From a virus (lineage: Duplodnaviria > Caudoviricetes): 40,977 bases of DNA. A program made the position numbers and the translations under genes. The stretch lies in IMG/VR virus record IMGVR_UViG_3300017544_000279, positions 1 through 40,977 of that record; one strand, 5' to 3'. Positions 9,008-19,363 of this stretch are shown piece by piece (within the stretch, counting starts at the first letter, position 1; the number at the start of each line of letters is the position of its first letter). The notes beneath the pieces are model-generated. The model did not search any database. It saw nothing but the letters and a program-made list of their open reading frames with translations, and had not been told where the DNA came from.

Positions 9008-9453
9008 ATCGAGAGGCTGAAATCGCTCGGATCGAGCCCAAGCTGCGTCCCGACATCCTCGTTCGGGCTATCTCTCGCCGAGCCATCCACGGGGCCGGCA
9101 TCCTCGGTCGAGGGCAGCGACGCTTCGTCTTGGCCGACAACCGGTCCCACCCTGTCGACGAGATCGGGCGGCAATAACCCCAGCGCGGCGGTGAGAAGCG
9201 TCTCGACATCCGGCCAGCGCAGAGCGCCAATGGCGCGAAGCGGGAGCGGCGACGTCACGAGCAGGATCGTGCGTGCCGATATCCCGCCCTCACCGCGCAG
9301 GAGTTCGAGACCATCGAGCGAGGGCGGAGCCAGCACAACCTGTTCCACCTTCGCGCCATCGAGCGCGAAGGGATATTCAAGACACACGATATCAGAGGGC
9401 TCGTGCAGGTAGTCGGGCGGCAGCAGCGCCGCAGGGCGCCCGAACGCAGCCAT
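9004..9453 (-). CDS. Putative tail assembly chaperone
   Basis: Between tube and tape measure; LEYPFALDGAKVEQVVL.PP motif; start overlaps the tube stop. Confidence 0.6.
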   Translation of the reverse strand: MAAFGRPAALLPPDYLHEPSDIVCLEYPFALDGAKVEQVVLAPPSLDGLELLRGEGGISARTILLVTSPLPLRAIGALRWPDVETLLTAALGLLPPDLVDRVGPVVGQDEASLPSTEDAGPVDGSARDSPNEDVGTQLGLDPSDFSLSI

Positions 9454-9983
9454 CAGCCGAGCCCCAGCATCTGGCGGTATTCCGCCGTCTCGTCGCGGCC
9501 GAAACGGCGGCGAACGGTCGAGAAATAGTCGTAGTAGAACCATTCCTGCCCGCCAACACGCAGCTCGTAGTGCTGCAGCTCGATGATCTGGTGGTCATGG
9601 CCGAGCTTGTTCGCCCGCTCGAAGGCGTCGGGCCCGACGCGGCCGAGGGCACCGCGTAGGATGGCGACCGCGCCGATCGAGCGATTGCCCGACTTGGCCT
9701 TCATGACGCCCCTCGCCGTGAAGGTCTGGACCTCGGACGAGCCGATGCCGAACAGCCGGTAGGCGTCCGGATCGAAACCGGCGATCTTGAAGGTCGGGTT
9801 CATCTTGCGCAGTACGTTCATCGAGAGGTCGATCTCCGCGACGGCGCCGCCGCCCATGTGATCGACCGTCACATATTCGAGCGCCGGCAACGCCAGGCTG
9901 TCGAGCGAGAGATGCTTGGCGGCGGAAGGATCCTCGTCGCCGAGAAACAGCGACACGGCCTCCATCAGGTAGATTTCGGACAT
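9453..9983 (-). CDS. Major tail tube protein (P2 FII-like)
   Basis: LALPAL..VDHMGGGAVAEID, YELRVGGQEWFYYD; directly after the sheath. Confidence 0.85.
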   Translation of the reverse strand: MSEIYLMEAVSLFLGDEDPSAAKHLSLDSLALPALEYVTVDHMGGGAVAEIDLSMNVLRKMNPTFKIAGFDPDAYRLFGIGSSEVQTFTARGVMKAKSGNRSIGAVAILRGALGRVGPDAFERANKLGHDHQIIELQHYELRVGGQEWFYYDYFSTVRRRFGRDETAEYRQMLGLG

Positions 9984-10009
9984 CAGGCGGGCTCCGGAAT
10001 AGGAGGAAG

Positions 10010-10040
10010 GGGAAAGCCGCCGCCCCATGCGGGTGGCGGC
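10010..10040 (-). terminator. GC-rich hairpin after the sheath gene (weak terminator or processing element)
   Basis: 10016-10025 pairs with 10031-10040 (one mismatch), followed on the minus strand by TTTCCCC. Confidence 0.3.
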
Positions 10041-10062
10041 GGGATCGGCGCCGGAGCGCCGC

Positions 10063-11586
10063 TCAACCGATCAGCGTCTGGGCCGAGATCAGCTGGTCGA
10101 TCGTCGCCTGCAGGGCCGGCTGATAGGGCCGCGAGAGCAGCGTGGCGCGGCGGAACACCGGCACGTCCTCGAAGCGGGCATCGACATAGATGTGCCCGCT
10201 GCGGAGATCCGACGTGTTGTTCTCGTCCGGGTCGAAGCGGCAGGTGAAACCGAGGATCTCCTGCCGCGCCTGCGCCTTCTCCAGGATGGCCGAGGCCGTG
10301 TTGACGACCGCCTGGATCGTCTGCGTCGTCAGGCTCCACCGACCAAGATATTGCCGCAGCGTGCGAATGGCGGTGAGCTCGATGAAATCGCGGCCGCGTA
10401 CCTTGTGGATCTGGCGCCAGATCGTCTCCTCGCCCGTGCCCTCGAAGCCGAGGAAGACGAAGCCGCCCTCGGCGATCGCGAAATCATCGCCGCTCTCGCC
10501 GCGCACGAGCGGGCCGATCTGGTGCGCGAGCAGGTCCTGCCCCTCGCTGGCGCCATCCGTCAGGCTGAACTCGATCGGCCGCGACGGGCCAAGGATGCCA
10601 TAGACCGGCTGGTTCATGATCGACTTGAACGGCCGGCCTTCATTCTCGAAATCGCGCCGGACGTACAGGCCAAGCACCGCGGCCGACCCGTAGTGCACCA
10701 CCGTAGCGCCCGAAGCATCGATCATTTCAACGAAGGGGGACACGGGATGGGCGATGCGCTCGCTCTGGAATGTCTCTCGCGCCTCGACATCCTCGCCGCG
10801 GCTCGCCCCGCCGGCGTCTGGGACGGCGATGGCATAGAGCGCATTGAGCACAGCCGGCCATGCCGCCACGATGGGGTTGGCGACATCGGCGATCGTCGCC
10901 GTCGCCGCGGCGCCCGTGCCGCCGCCTCCGGCAAAGCCAATGGTCGGCGCGGCGGTCAGGTTGGAGCCGGCCGCGTCGATAACGATTTCCATCACCTTGC
11001 CGTCATCCGCGCCGGTGCCGAGCACGGCATGCGCCGTCGGCAGCACCTTGGCCGGATCGGAGCCGCCGCCGGTGAAAGTGACGGTCGGAGCGGCCGTATA
11101 GCCCGAGCCGGGCGTGGTGACGGTGATCGCGTCGACGCCGGCGAAACGCTGATGCGTGAAGCCGGGCGAACCGATCAGGCGCGGGATGGCGCCGACCACG
11201 GCGCCGGCTTTGAGGAAGGCGTGGATGCCGGTGCGCGCGGCGGCATTGCCGACGATGTTGGCGATCGTCGCCGCCTCGTTGGCGCCCGCCTCGACGCGGA
11301 CCAGGATGATCTGCGCGGCCGATTGCAGCCGGGCGAGCTGGGCATTGATCAGCGTCAGGTCGCGACCGAGGCTCGAATCCGGCTCGATCATCCGCGCCTT
11401 GGCAGAGGCGGAGCCGAAGAGCACCGGCTGGTTCAGCGGAAAGGCGGCGTCGAATGCCTCCTGGGCGATGTTGGCCGCCTTCGTCGCCGGCTTGCAGAGC
11501 CCGACGACCGACATGCGGGCATTCGAGGGCGGCGCCGGCTCGAGCGCCTCGCGGCGCACGGCAAAGCCGATGACGGGATCGGTCAT
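10063..11586 (-). CDS. Contractile tail sheath protein (P2 FI-like)
   Basis: RTGIHAFLKA..PRLIGSPGF, PFKSIMNQPVYGI, FDPDENNTSDLRSG; GGAGGA RBS. Confidence 0.9.
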   Translation of the reverse strand: MTDPVIGFAVRREALEPAPPSNARMSVVGLCKPATKAANIAQEAFDAAFPLNQPVLFGSASAKARMIEPDSSLGRDLTLINAQLARLQSAAQIILVRVEAGANEAATIANIVGNAAARTGIHAFLKAGAVVGAIPRLIGSPGFTHQRFAGVDAITVTTPGSGYTAAPTVTFTGGGSDPAKVLPTAHAVLGTGADDGKVMEIVIDAAGSNLTAAPTIGFAGGGGTGAAATATIADVANPIVAAWPAVLNALYAIAVPDAGGASRGEDVEARETFQSERIAHPVSPFVEMIDASGATVVHYGSAAVLGLYVRRDFENEGRPFKSIMNQPVYGILGPSRPIEFSLTDGASEGQDLLAHQIGPLVRGESGDDFAIAEGGFVFLGFEGTGEETIWRQIHKVRGRDFIELTAIRTLRQYLGRWSLTTQTIQAVVNTASAILEKAQARQEILGFTCRFDPDENNTSDLRSGHIYVDARFEDVPVFRRATLLSRPYQPALQATIDQLISAQTLIG

Positions 11587-11603
11587 GCGGAGATCCTCCA
11601 AAC

Positions 11604-11627
11604 AAAAAGCCGCCTCGAAGGGCGGCT
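11604..11627 (-). terminator. Intrinsic terminator-like hairpin between tail-fibre genes and sheath
   Basis: Minus strand AGCCGCC-CTTCGA-GGCGGCT followed by TTTT. Confidence 0.7.
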
Positions 11628-11651
11628 CGGAAAGCGGGAAAGTGGGGGGCG

Positions 11652-12296
11652 TCAGTCCGGCCAGCCGGCCGTCTCGTCGATGGCCTCAAGCTCCGCGATC
11701 GTCTCGGCGGCCTCGGCCCGGTCCTTCAGATCCCGGGCGTGCTGGCGCAGCTCGGCATAATAGTCGCCGACCAGAGCAGCGAGGCCGAGACCATCGGCGG
11801 GTGTCGGCATGGGGATGCGGACGTTCTCGATCGTGATGAAGCCGCGCGCATAGCCTTCCGGCCAGGGCACCGCGCTGGAAGAAGCCGCGATGGCCGTGGT
11901 CGCGACCGCGCCCATGTCGGCGCGCGCCTCGCCATCCAATGCGACATGCAGCCCGCCGACGGGCGCGCCGGCCGCGAGCCTCGCGTCGATCTGCGCGCCG
12001 ATCGCGGCGAGCTTGGCGGCGCGAGAGTCCTCGAACGACAGAGACGGGACCTGTTCATCTTCCAGAAGATCCAGCTTGCGCGGCGCGCCGTCCTCGTCGA
12101 CGAGGCTGTACGAAACCACTCGCATACCTGCCGGCACGGGCGGCTCAAGTACGAGATGCAGCCCAAAGCGTTCCTGCTTCTCCGCATCGGTCCACTGTGG
12201 CGGGACATGGAACTTCGCTTTCGGATCGCCGTCCAGAAGCGGCAATGGCTTGGTGTCCCATTCCACCCACTTTGCGTTTTGCCTGCGCGCGTACAT
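11652..12296 (-). CDS. Tail fibre assembly-like protein (DUF4376-like C-terminus)
   Basis: C-terminal ARDLKDRAEAAETIAELEAIDETAGWP typical of fibre chaperones; gene position. Confidence 0.6.
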   Translation of the reverse strand: MYARRQNAKWVEWDTKPLPLLDGDPKAKFHVPPQWTDAEKQERFGLHLVLEPPVPAGMRVVSYSLVDEDGAPRKLDLLEDEQVPSLSFEDSRAAKLAAIGAQIDARLAAGAPVGGLHVALDGEARADMGAVATTAIAASSSAVPWPEGYARGFITIENVRIPMPTPADGLGLAALVGDYYAELRQHARDLKDRAEAAETIAELEAIDETAGWPD

Positions 12297-12303
12297 CTCT
12301 TTC

Positions 12304-12960
12304 CTAGCTCACTGTGATGCGGATTTCGCCACGTGCCCCAGCGCCAGCGCGGCCGACGTTTACGCCCCCAGCTCCGACAGAATACGGGACCGCCCCCGTG
12401 AAAAAGCCGAACGGAAATACCCGTTCGAACTTCCCGCCGGAACCGCCACCGCCTCCATTCCAGGCCGTCGAGCCGGAGCTGTCGAATTTGCCAGCACCAC
12501 CAGCACCGGGCGCCGTAGAGACACGCGCCGCGACATTGCGGTCAGGCTGCACGCGACCAAGCGCCCCAATCCCGCCTCCTCCGGGCGCGTCCGCGCCATC
12601 GCCCGCGTAGCTCCACACGAGGCCAGGCTTGCCCTGCAGGCCCGGCAGGTTCACATCGCCGCCCGTAGCGGTGCCTCCGGCTCCGCCGGCGGCCGTTGCT
12701 GCAGCCGTCCCGGCCGCCACCAGGCCACTTTTCCCTCCCGTTGCGGAACAGGGCCCGAAGGTGGTTGTTCCTCCCGTTGTGCTCGCGGGGGGCGACCCGG
12801 AATCGGTACCTCCGCCAGTCCCGCCGCCCGCCCAGCCTTCAACGGTCAACTCGTTGAACTCGGCAGGTAGCGGCCAGTTGCCGGAGCCCGAGGTCAGGGT
12901 CACGGTGTAGGGCGTTATCGCCTTCCGGAACGGAGGCAGGGGCGCCAAGCCGGGGAGCAT
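12304..12960 (-). CDS. Glycine-rich tail-fibre-associated protein
   Basis: VEGWAGGGTGG, GGTTTFG, GGGGGSGG, YSVGAGG, GARGEIRI glycine-rich domain. Confidence 0.7.
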   Translation of the reverse strand: MLPGLAPLPPFRKAITPYTVTLTSGSGNWPLPAEFNELTVEGWAGGGTGGGTDSGSPPASTTGGTTTFGPCSATGGKSGLVAAGTAAATAAGGAGGTATGGDVNLPGLQGKPGLVWSYAGDGADAPGGGGIGALGRVQPDRNVAARVSTAPGAGGAGKFDSSGSTAWNGGGGGSGGKFERVFPFGFFTGAVPYSVGAGGVNVGRAGAGARGEIRITVS

Positions 12961-13808
12961 CAGTCGACCCTCCGGCGCATGCCCATGAACGCGAACTTCC
13001 CGGAACCGACGCAGATGAACGCGAGAAGGTCCTGCGCACCGGGTGCGACGCTCAGGGTGGGCGTGCCGAAGTCACCAAAGTCGAAGTCGGCCGACCACGT
13101 CGGCACCCGGGCTCCAGTCGCGTCCTGCTTGATGAGAACGTTCCATGGCCAGCCTGGCTTGGCTCCCGACGGCGCGCCGAAAACACGGTTTCCTGCAATC
13201 GTCACAGACCGGTTCACGCCGGCCGCATGATCGATCGAGATCGTCGATGCGTCGGAAAGCGGCACCCATGACATCGCCGAGAGCACAGCGTCGGGCGTCA
13301 GCAGCTTGCCCGCGTTGGCCTCGCGGATATCGGCAGCGGCGGCAAGAGCCACGGCCGCCACCTTGGCGAATGCCAAGGCTCCATCCGGCACGATGAGATC
13401 GCGTGCCGCGGCGACGGTGGCGGCCATCAGGATGGCGCGGCCGATCGTCGAGGCGTTCGAAATGTCCGCAGCGACGATGTTGGCGGGTATCCAGAGAGAA
13501 CCGTTGAACTTCGAGAACTGGCCGCTCGCCGCACCGGTATAGTCGACGCCACCAAGGTTGCCGATGTTATGGCTGTGAACGAACGCCGCCTTACCCGCGA
13601 GCGCATCGGCCAGGCCGATAATCTCCGCCAGCGCGTGCTCGTGGTCGGCCGGCGCCTTGCCGAGCAGCGAGGACATGACCACCGCCATGTCCTCGTCGAT
13701 CCTCATGAAGGTCTCGATGAAGCGCGGCACCTCCTGGCTGCGCATGAGGTTCCCGATATTCGGGAGCAGGTAGTCCCGGTTCGGCGTCCTGTTGTCGATC
13801 ACTGCCAT
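12960..13808 (-). CDS. Tail fibre / receptor-binding-related protein
   Basis: N-terminal DNRTPNRDYLLP anchor, HxH motifs (DHEHAL, VHSHNI), C-terminal IKQDATGAR..W domain. Confidence 0.7.
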   Translation of the reverse strand: MAVIDNRTPNRDYLLPNIGNLMRSQEVPRFIETFMRIDEDMAVVMSSLLGKAPADHEHALAEIIGLADALAGKAAFVHSHNIGNLGGVDYTGAASGQFSKFNGSLWIPANIVAADISNASTIGRAILMAATVAAARDLIVPDGALAFAKVAAVALAAAADIREANAGKLLTPDAVLSAMSWVPLSDASTISIDHAAGVNRSVTIAGNRVFGAPSGAKPGWPWNVLIKQDATGARVPTWSADFDFGDFGTPTLSVAPGAQDLLAFICVGSGKFAFMGMRRRVD

Positions 13809-13819
13809 TCTTCTCTTCC

Positions 13820-16800
13820 TCAGACCGCCGTTGCCGCAGCTCGTTCGTCCGCCACCGAAGGCCGCGCCGCAGGCGTGCCAGTCAGGCTTAGCCGCACACG
13901 CCCCTCGACGGCCGTGTGCGGGTTGCGCTCATAGGTGCGCTCGATCCAGCCATCATTAAGCGGGGCGGAGACCGTGGCGGTGAGCTGCTGCCAGTTGTCG
14001 TCGGCCGCATCGATCTCGACGACGAGGGACGATCCGGCCGGCAGCTTCGTCTTCAGCGTGTTGGCGAAGCGGATCATGGATCCCATCGGCATGGCGCGGC
14101 TGACATACGTGCCGGTCGGCCGAAGCTTGCCCGCGATCAGCATGGCGCCCGGATAGAGCACCGGCGACACCTTCTCGCTGCCGGCGAGGATCGCGCGCAG
14201 CACGACGCTCTCGGTGATGTAGCCGGTCAGCTCCATGACCTGGCCGGCATCGAGCCGGATCACCTCGCCGCCCGGCCGCTCGATCTCGAAGCGGATCGAG
14301 GCGGCGGCCGTCGGCAGTTCGGCCGTGGCCCGCACCATCAGGTCGGAGCAGTCGACGAGCGCATGCGTGCCGAGATTGACGACCCTCGTCACCGGATCGA
14401 ACTTCGCCGCCACCAAGCGGAAGGCCAGATCCTCGGCCTGGTGCGGCGTCCAGGTCTTGGCGTTCGACGACGAGAGCAGCACGCCGACCGTGTAGGGCTG
14501 GGCCGACACGAACTGCTGCGCCGCAGTGTCGAGGTCGCCGATCCGCGCGATCGAGAGCGAATGCTGGTTGTCGTCGGTCTTGACGACGATCGCGAACTCC
14601 CGGTCGGCCGGCAGATATACCGGCATAGGGAAGCGGATGCTGGTCCAGGCATTCAGCACCACGCCCGCCATGTCGACGAAGGCCGAGGTGATGAGATTGA
14701 CGGTCGGAATGCCGTTCTCTACCTCGACGAGATCCACCAGCACGCCCTTCGACGTGTCGCCGGCCGCGCAGAACTTCAGATCGACACCGGCGAGATGCCG
14801 GCCCTCGACCAGCGTGAAGGTCTGCGCGAGCGGGTCTGGATTGCCGGCGCCATTGAGCGCGACCGTCTGTGTCCGCCAGCGCGTGATTGTCGTGACGCGA
14901 CGCATGACGTCGATCTCGATCGTGCCCTGGCCGACGAAGACCGCCTCGGCTGACGTGCCGGCCATGCCGGTCGCCCTGACCGACTTGGAGCCGGCCGGGA
15001 CGTTCGCGGGAATCGTGAAGCTGCCGGAGATCTCGCCATTGGCGTCGCCGACCGGCGGGCCGGCCGGCGTCACGTCGATGCCGTCGAAGGTGAGGCTCGA
15101 CAGGATCTCGCCGGCGCCGAAACCCTTCACCGTGAAGGCGATCGAGATCTCGCGCAGGAACTCGAGCAGTTCCGCCCGCTCGTCGACCAGCGTTTCGGCA
15201 ACGGTCGTGCGGCTCTGATTGCCGGAGCCGAACTGCCGCGTCACCGGCGAGGTCCACTCGGTCGCGCTCTCCGTCCAGAAGTCGACGGTCGGGTTGATCG
15301 TCATCGCTCCCGGCAGCGGCTCGAAGTTCGCATAGGGGTTGATGAGCATGCAGCCGGTGACGCGCTCCTGCCGGACGATGATCTCCTCGGTCCAGACAAG
15401 CGTTGCCGGCGCCGTGAGCGGCGTCGAATAGAAGGTTGGATCGATCGCGAGCTGGCACGAACCGTTGAAGACGGCGGCCGTCTGCGGCTCGCCTGCATCA
15501 CGGTATCTATCCGAGGTGAAGGGATCGACGAAGACGCCATGCTTCGCCACGGGCTCGCGGCTGTCGATATCGCGGCGCAACCGCTCCAGCGACAGCAGGT
15601 CGTAGGCGTCGATCAGCATGTTGTACATGCGATCGACTTTCCAGAACGGATAGGCGCGGACGCCGTTGTTCACGACCTCCGGCTTCCCGGTCCAGGTGTT
15701 CCGGATCTCGGCGAGGGGCAGCACATCGTCGGGCGCCTGCGGGGCTACCGGATGCGAGCGGCTCGACTTACCGAGGACATAGACGGAGCCGCCAGCCTGA
15801 TCGAGGCAGAGCAGGTCGATGCGCGGCAGCTTCCAGGCATAGGAGACGAAGACCGCCTCGCCCGCGACGCCGCCGGCGATCTCGATCGTGTCGGCGAAGA
15901 CCTGGCTCGGCGTGATCGCCGCGAGGTAGCGATACTTGACCGTGTAGCTCGATCCGCCGGCGGGCTCCACGCCGCCCGGCGCCCAGGAGATATGATCGCC
16001 GGAGCGGACGTAGTCCGTGCCCGCGACATAGGTGGTGCCACCCTGCTTCACCTCCAGGATCTGCGTCACGCCGGTATTGGAGAGCAGGTCCGAGGTGTTG
16101 TTCGGCGTGCCGCGCGTGACGGTCTCCGTCACCTCCTTGGTGACGATGACGGTCGAGACCGAGGCAATCGGGCCATGGTTGAGCGGCAACACGATCGTGC
16201 CGCTGCCGTCGAAGGTGTGTGGCTCCGAGGCAATCAGCTCGAGGTCGAAGGTTTCGAACTGGGCATGCCGCATCGCCGTCGCGCGGGTCCGCTTGAAACC
16301 CCAGATATTGGCGACGCCTTCCGAGATCGAGAAGACCTGGTCGTCGCCGACCTTGCCGAGCGCCGTGACGCGGCAGCCATCGACGATGTAATTGCCATTG
16401 GCGTCGCGGTCATAGACGGCGATCGCCTGGTTGATACCCGAGAGGCTCGGCGGCGGGGTTTGGTCGATGATGACGCCGTCGCGGAGCAGGTAGACCGAAT
16501 AGAGGTCGCCCCCCTCGCCATCGCCGGCGAAGCCCCAGGCGACGCTCTCGACCGAGCGCGCGGCACCGGCCTCGCCCTCTCCCTCGGGGCCGGGATGCAG
16601 GCCGAGCAGCGACGGATCCTCGATCTCGGTGATGATGGTCGTGAGCAGCCGCACGCCGATCGCGACATCGCCCGCCATCGGCACGCCGGAGAGCGTCGCG
16701 GCGGCGATGTTGCGGATGTCGCCACGCACATAGATCCGGCCCGGCGCCAGGATGACGGTGCCGGCGGCGACATCGACGACCACATCGGCGCCCTCGATGC

Positions 16801-16984
16801 GGTCGCCGTCGCGGGAGACCAGGTCGCCGACCCGCTGGACGCGGCGGCCGAGGATGGTCTGGATCTCGTTGATCTCGGCCGCCTGCGCGATGCGATCCTC
16901 GCGGGCGATCACGCCGGTCCAGCTCGGATTGGCCGGAGCGCGGTCATAGGCGGCGGGCAGGCCGGAAGAATGCTCGTGAGCCAT
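13820..16984 (-). CDS. Large baseplate/tail-fibre structural protein (DUF4815-like)
   Basis: 1054 aa, QAAEINEIQ N-terminus, GVFVDPF, DPLAQTF motifs; follows gpI-like gene. Confidence 0.75.
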   Translation of the reverse strand: MAHEHSSGLPAAYDRAPANPSWTGVIAREDRIAQAAEINEIQTILGRRVQRVGDLVSRDGDRIEGADVVVDVAAGTVILAPGRIYVRGDIRNIAAATLSGVPMAGDVAIGVRLLTTIITEIEDPSLLGLHPGPEGEGEAGAARSVESVAWGFAGDGEGGDLYSVYLLRDGVIIDQTPPPSLSGINQAIAVYDRDANGNYIVDGCRVTALGKVGDDQVFSISEGVANIWGFKRTRATAMRHAQFETFDLELIASEPHTFDGSGTIVLPLNHGPIASVSTVIVTKEVTETVTRGTPNNTSDLLSNTGVTQILEVKQGGTTYVAGTDYVRSGDHISWAPGGVEPAGGSSYTVKYRYLAAITPSQVFADTIEIAGGVAGEAVFVSYAWKLPRIDLLCLDQAGGSVYVLGKSSRSHPVAPQAPDDVLPLAEIRNTWTGKPEVVNNGVRAYPFWKVDRMYNMLIDAYDLLSLERLRRDIDSREPVAKHGVFVDPFTSDRYRDAGEPQTAAVFNGSCQLAIDPTFYSTPLTAPATLVWTEEIIVRQERVTGCMLINPYANFEPLPGAMTINPTVDFWTESATEWTSPVTRQFGSGNQSRTTVAETLVDERAELLEFLREISIAFTVKGFGAGEILSSLTFDGIDVTPAGPPVGDANGEISGSFTIPANVPAGSKSVRATGMAGTSAEAVFVGQGTIEIDVMRRVTTITRWRTQTVALNGAGNPDPLAQTFTLVEGRHLAGVDLKFCAAGDTSKGVLVDLVEVENGIPTVNLITSAFVDMAGVVLNAWTSIRFPMPVYLPADREFAIVVKTDDNQHSLSIARIGDLDTAAQQFVSAQPYTVGVLLSSSNAKTWTPHQAEDLAFRLVAAKFDPVTRVVNLGTHALVDCSDLMVRATAELPTAAASIRFEIERPGGEVIRLDAGQVMELTGYITESVVLRAILAGSEKVSPVLYPGAMLIAGKLRPTGTYVSRAMPMGSMIRFANTLKTKLPAGSSLVVEIDAADDNWQQLTATVSAPLNDGWIERTYERNPHTAVEGRVRLSLTGTPAARPSVADERAAATAV

Positions 16985-18093
16985 CAGAACCTCAGAAGGA
17001 TGCGCACGCGCTCGCGCACGGTGCGACCGAATTCGATGTCGATCGGGGTCGGGGCGATCTCGGGAAGGTTGGCCGTGAGTTCGCCGGGTCCGAGCCAGAG
17101 CGCGCCGGGGCTGTCCGGATCGGCCGGCTCGCCCGCCAGGATGAAGGAGACGGACGCGGCGGTGCTACCGAAGCCGTCGCCGAACTCGGTCAGGGCCTCG
17201 ATCAGGATGATCTCGGCGCCCGAAGCGAGCGGCGCATAGCGAAGGCCGCCGAACTCGTAGGGGCCGCCGGTTGCCTCGCCGACCCGGCGATGCACGCCGG
17301 CGCGGCGATAGCCGATGACCTCGCCGCCGGCATCGCGGAAACAGGCCCAAGCGGTGCCGGCCGGCACGCCCAGCAGCATCAGCGCCGAGCGCGCATCGCC
17401 GCCGAGATCGCTCCAGGCGATGTCGGGCCATTCGATATCGAGCCAGGCAGGCTCGGCGTCGCCGGTCGGCTCGATCCAGACGCCGAGCGCGATGAGATCG
17501 GCCTCGGTCATCGCATGATCGAAGCTGTAGGGCCGGCCGAATGACCATTTGGCGCCGCCCTCGCGGATCGAAACGCCCGACGACGAGCCGTAGCGCGCGC
17601 CGCTCCAGCGGCCCCGGCCATATTCCAGCGCCCGGACATCATAGCCGTGGAAGCCGCGCCAGAAGACGGAGCGGAGCGGCGTCGACAGCTCGGCCACGCC
17701 CTCGACCGGCTCCAGGTCGGACTCGTCGTCGCGGATGCGGTCGAGATGCAGCTGGAACAGGTTCCAGCGCGTGCGGCGGACCGGCGCCTCCTCGATCTCC
17801 GCCGCGTAACCGAGCCAGCCAAGCGCGCGATCCACCGCCGCCGGCGTGCCACGCAGGCGGGTCCAGGCAACGCCTTCGGGGATCAGCTCGTAGAGGTTCG
17901 GCACATAGGGCGTCAGTTCGCCGAGCCCGTACTCATAGACGAGGTAGGGAAGGACCGTGGGCGGTGGCGTGAACTTGAAACCGTGCAGGCTGGCAATGGC
18001 GCCGGAAAGGCGCGCCGTCGGATCGGTCGCCTCCGAAAGCGCCCGCTCGAACTTCGTCGAGGAGGCCGGCAGGAGATGAGCTGGCGTCGTCAC
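16984..18093 (-). CDS. Baseplate/tail protein I-like
   Basis: GTG start overlapping the gpJ stop; HLLPASSTKFERAL, LPYLVYEYGL, RLRGTPAAV. Confidence 0.8.
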   Translation of the reverse strand: MTTPAHLLPASSTKFERALSEATDPTARLSGAIASLHGFKFTPPPTVLPYLVYEYGLGELTPYVPNLYELIPEGVAWTRLRGTPAAVDRALGWLGYAAEIEEAPVRRTRWNLFQLHLDRIRDDESDLEPVEGVAELSTPLRSVFWRGFHGYDVRALEYGRGRWSGARYGSSSGVSIREGGAKWSFGRPYSFDHAMTEADLIALGVWIEPTGDAEPAWLDIEWPDIAWSDLGGDARSALMLLGVPAGTAWACFRDAGGEVIGYRRAGVHRRVGEATGGPYEFGGLRYAPLASGAEIILIEALTEFGDGFGSTAASVSFILAGEPADPDSPGALWLGPGELTANLPEIAPTPIDIEFGRTVRERVRILLRF

Positions 18094-18947
18094 CGGTCGC
18101 GCCCCATCAGGGTCAGGTTGACGGCGCCGAGCGCGACCGCGCGACCGGGCGGGACGATGACGTTCGCCACTGGCGCTGTCACCTCGACACGCTGCACGCC
18201 GGTCTTCATCAGTCGGGCGAGCAGCCACTCGCGTGTCAGGTCGAAGCCGAGACCGCCTTCCGCCACCCATTCCGCCCGCAGCGCCGGGACGAGCGCCTCG
18301 AGCAGGGCCGCGGAGGCGTCCGGCAGCAGCCAGATCCGGGCCGAGACGTCGATGGTGTCGGTGACGGCCGCGACGATCTCGATCGTGTCATTGACCATGC
18401 GGACGGCCGGAGCGGTGACGGCCGCCGCGACGAGCGCGAGCAGGCCGGCATCGGCGACGCCATTGTTGTCGGCGGCGATGACCGCGATCTGGATCAGCGG
18501 CGACGTGCCGACCCGATAGACCGCCACATCGGCGACGCGGAGCGAGGCGCCGAGCGCGACGGCGCGGTAACGCGGCTCAGTTCCACCGGTCGAGCGGCCC
18601 TGGATGATGAGCTGCGTCCGCAGGCGGAAGCGGTCGTCGCCCTCCTCCGGCAGCCGCGCCGCATCATAAAAGGCGGCGAGATGATCGAGATCCGCGCCGC
18701 GCGCGAAGGCGAGCAGATTGGCCCGGATCGCATCGTTGACCCGCGCCCGGAGCAGCAGCTCGCGATAGCTGGCCGCCTCGGCCACGATCTTGACCGGATC
18801 CGTCTCGAGCGCGCCGACATCATAGGCGATGCCGGCCGCTTCGAAGCGCGCCTGCGCGTCCGCCATGACCGCGGCGAGGATCGCCTCGAAATCGAGCGTC
18901 TCGATCGCCTCCGGCGGCGGGAAGGCGGCAAGGTCGATCGTGGTCAT
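18090..18947 (-). CDS. Baseplate J/gp47 protein
   Basis: IDLAAFPPPEAIETLDFEAI, LETDP, RARVND..LLAFARGADLDHL. Confidence 0.9.
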   Translation of the reverse strand: MTTIDLAAFPPPEAIETLDFEAILAAVMADAQARFEAAGIAYDVGALETDPVKIVAEAASYRELLLRARVNDAIRANLLAFARGADLDHLAAFYDAARLPEEGDDRFRLRTQLIIQGRSTGGTEPRYRAVALGASLRVADVAVYRVGTSPLIQIAVIAADNNGVADAGLLALVAAAVTAPAVRMVNDTIEIVAAVTDTIDVSARIWLLPDASAALLEALVPALRAEWVAEGGLGFDLTREWLLARLMKTGVQRVEVTAPVANVIVPPGRAVALGAVNLTLMGRDR

Positions 18948-18948
18948 G

Positions 18949-19356
18949 TCAGTCCGTCCCGGTAAGCGAAAGGCCGGATTCTCCGGCGACGAGGGAGAGC
19001 GTGCGTCGACCGGCCGAGGTGAGGTCACCGAGATGGCCACGCGGGCGATAATCGCCCTCGATCATCCAGGTCGTGTCGCCGGTTCGATCGAGATCGAGCT
19101 GGTCGATGCGGAGCGGATGAAAGCGAGGTTCGAAGAGCAGAAGCGCCGTCGCCACCGTCCAGCGGAAGCGCTGCGCCGTGCGGCGATTGGCGAGCTCGCC
19201 GAACAGGCGAAGCCCGAGCGAGCCGACATAGGGGCGCATCACCCGTTCGAAATAGGCCGTCGTCAGGATGACCTCGATCGACTGCATGACATGCGGCCAG
19301 CCGGCGAGCGGCAGACCCGTCCTCCGGTCGATACCGTTGGAAGTCGCCTCCGCCAT
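18949..19356 (-). CDS. Baseplate wedge W/gp25 protein
   Basis: GIDRRTG..HVMQSIEVILTT..ERVMRP.VGS, FEPRF. Confidence 0.88.
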   Translation of the reverse strand: MAEATSNGIDRRTGLPLAGWPHVMQSIEVILTTAYFERVMRPYVGSLGLRLFGELANRRTAQRFRWTVATALLLFEPRFHPLRIDQLDLDRTGDTTWMIEGDYRPRGHLGDLTSAGRRTLSLVAGESGLSLTGTD

Positions 19357-19363
19357 CTATCCC

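Noticed and set aside
9004-9453. Programmed frameshift in the tail chaperone (E/E' type)
   Set aside because: No convincing slippery sequence seen, and the downstream space is occupied by the antisense moron
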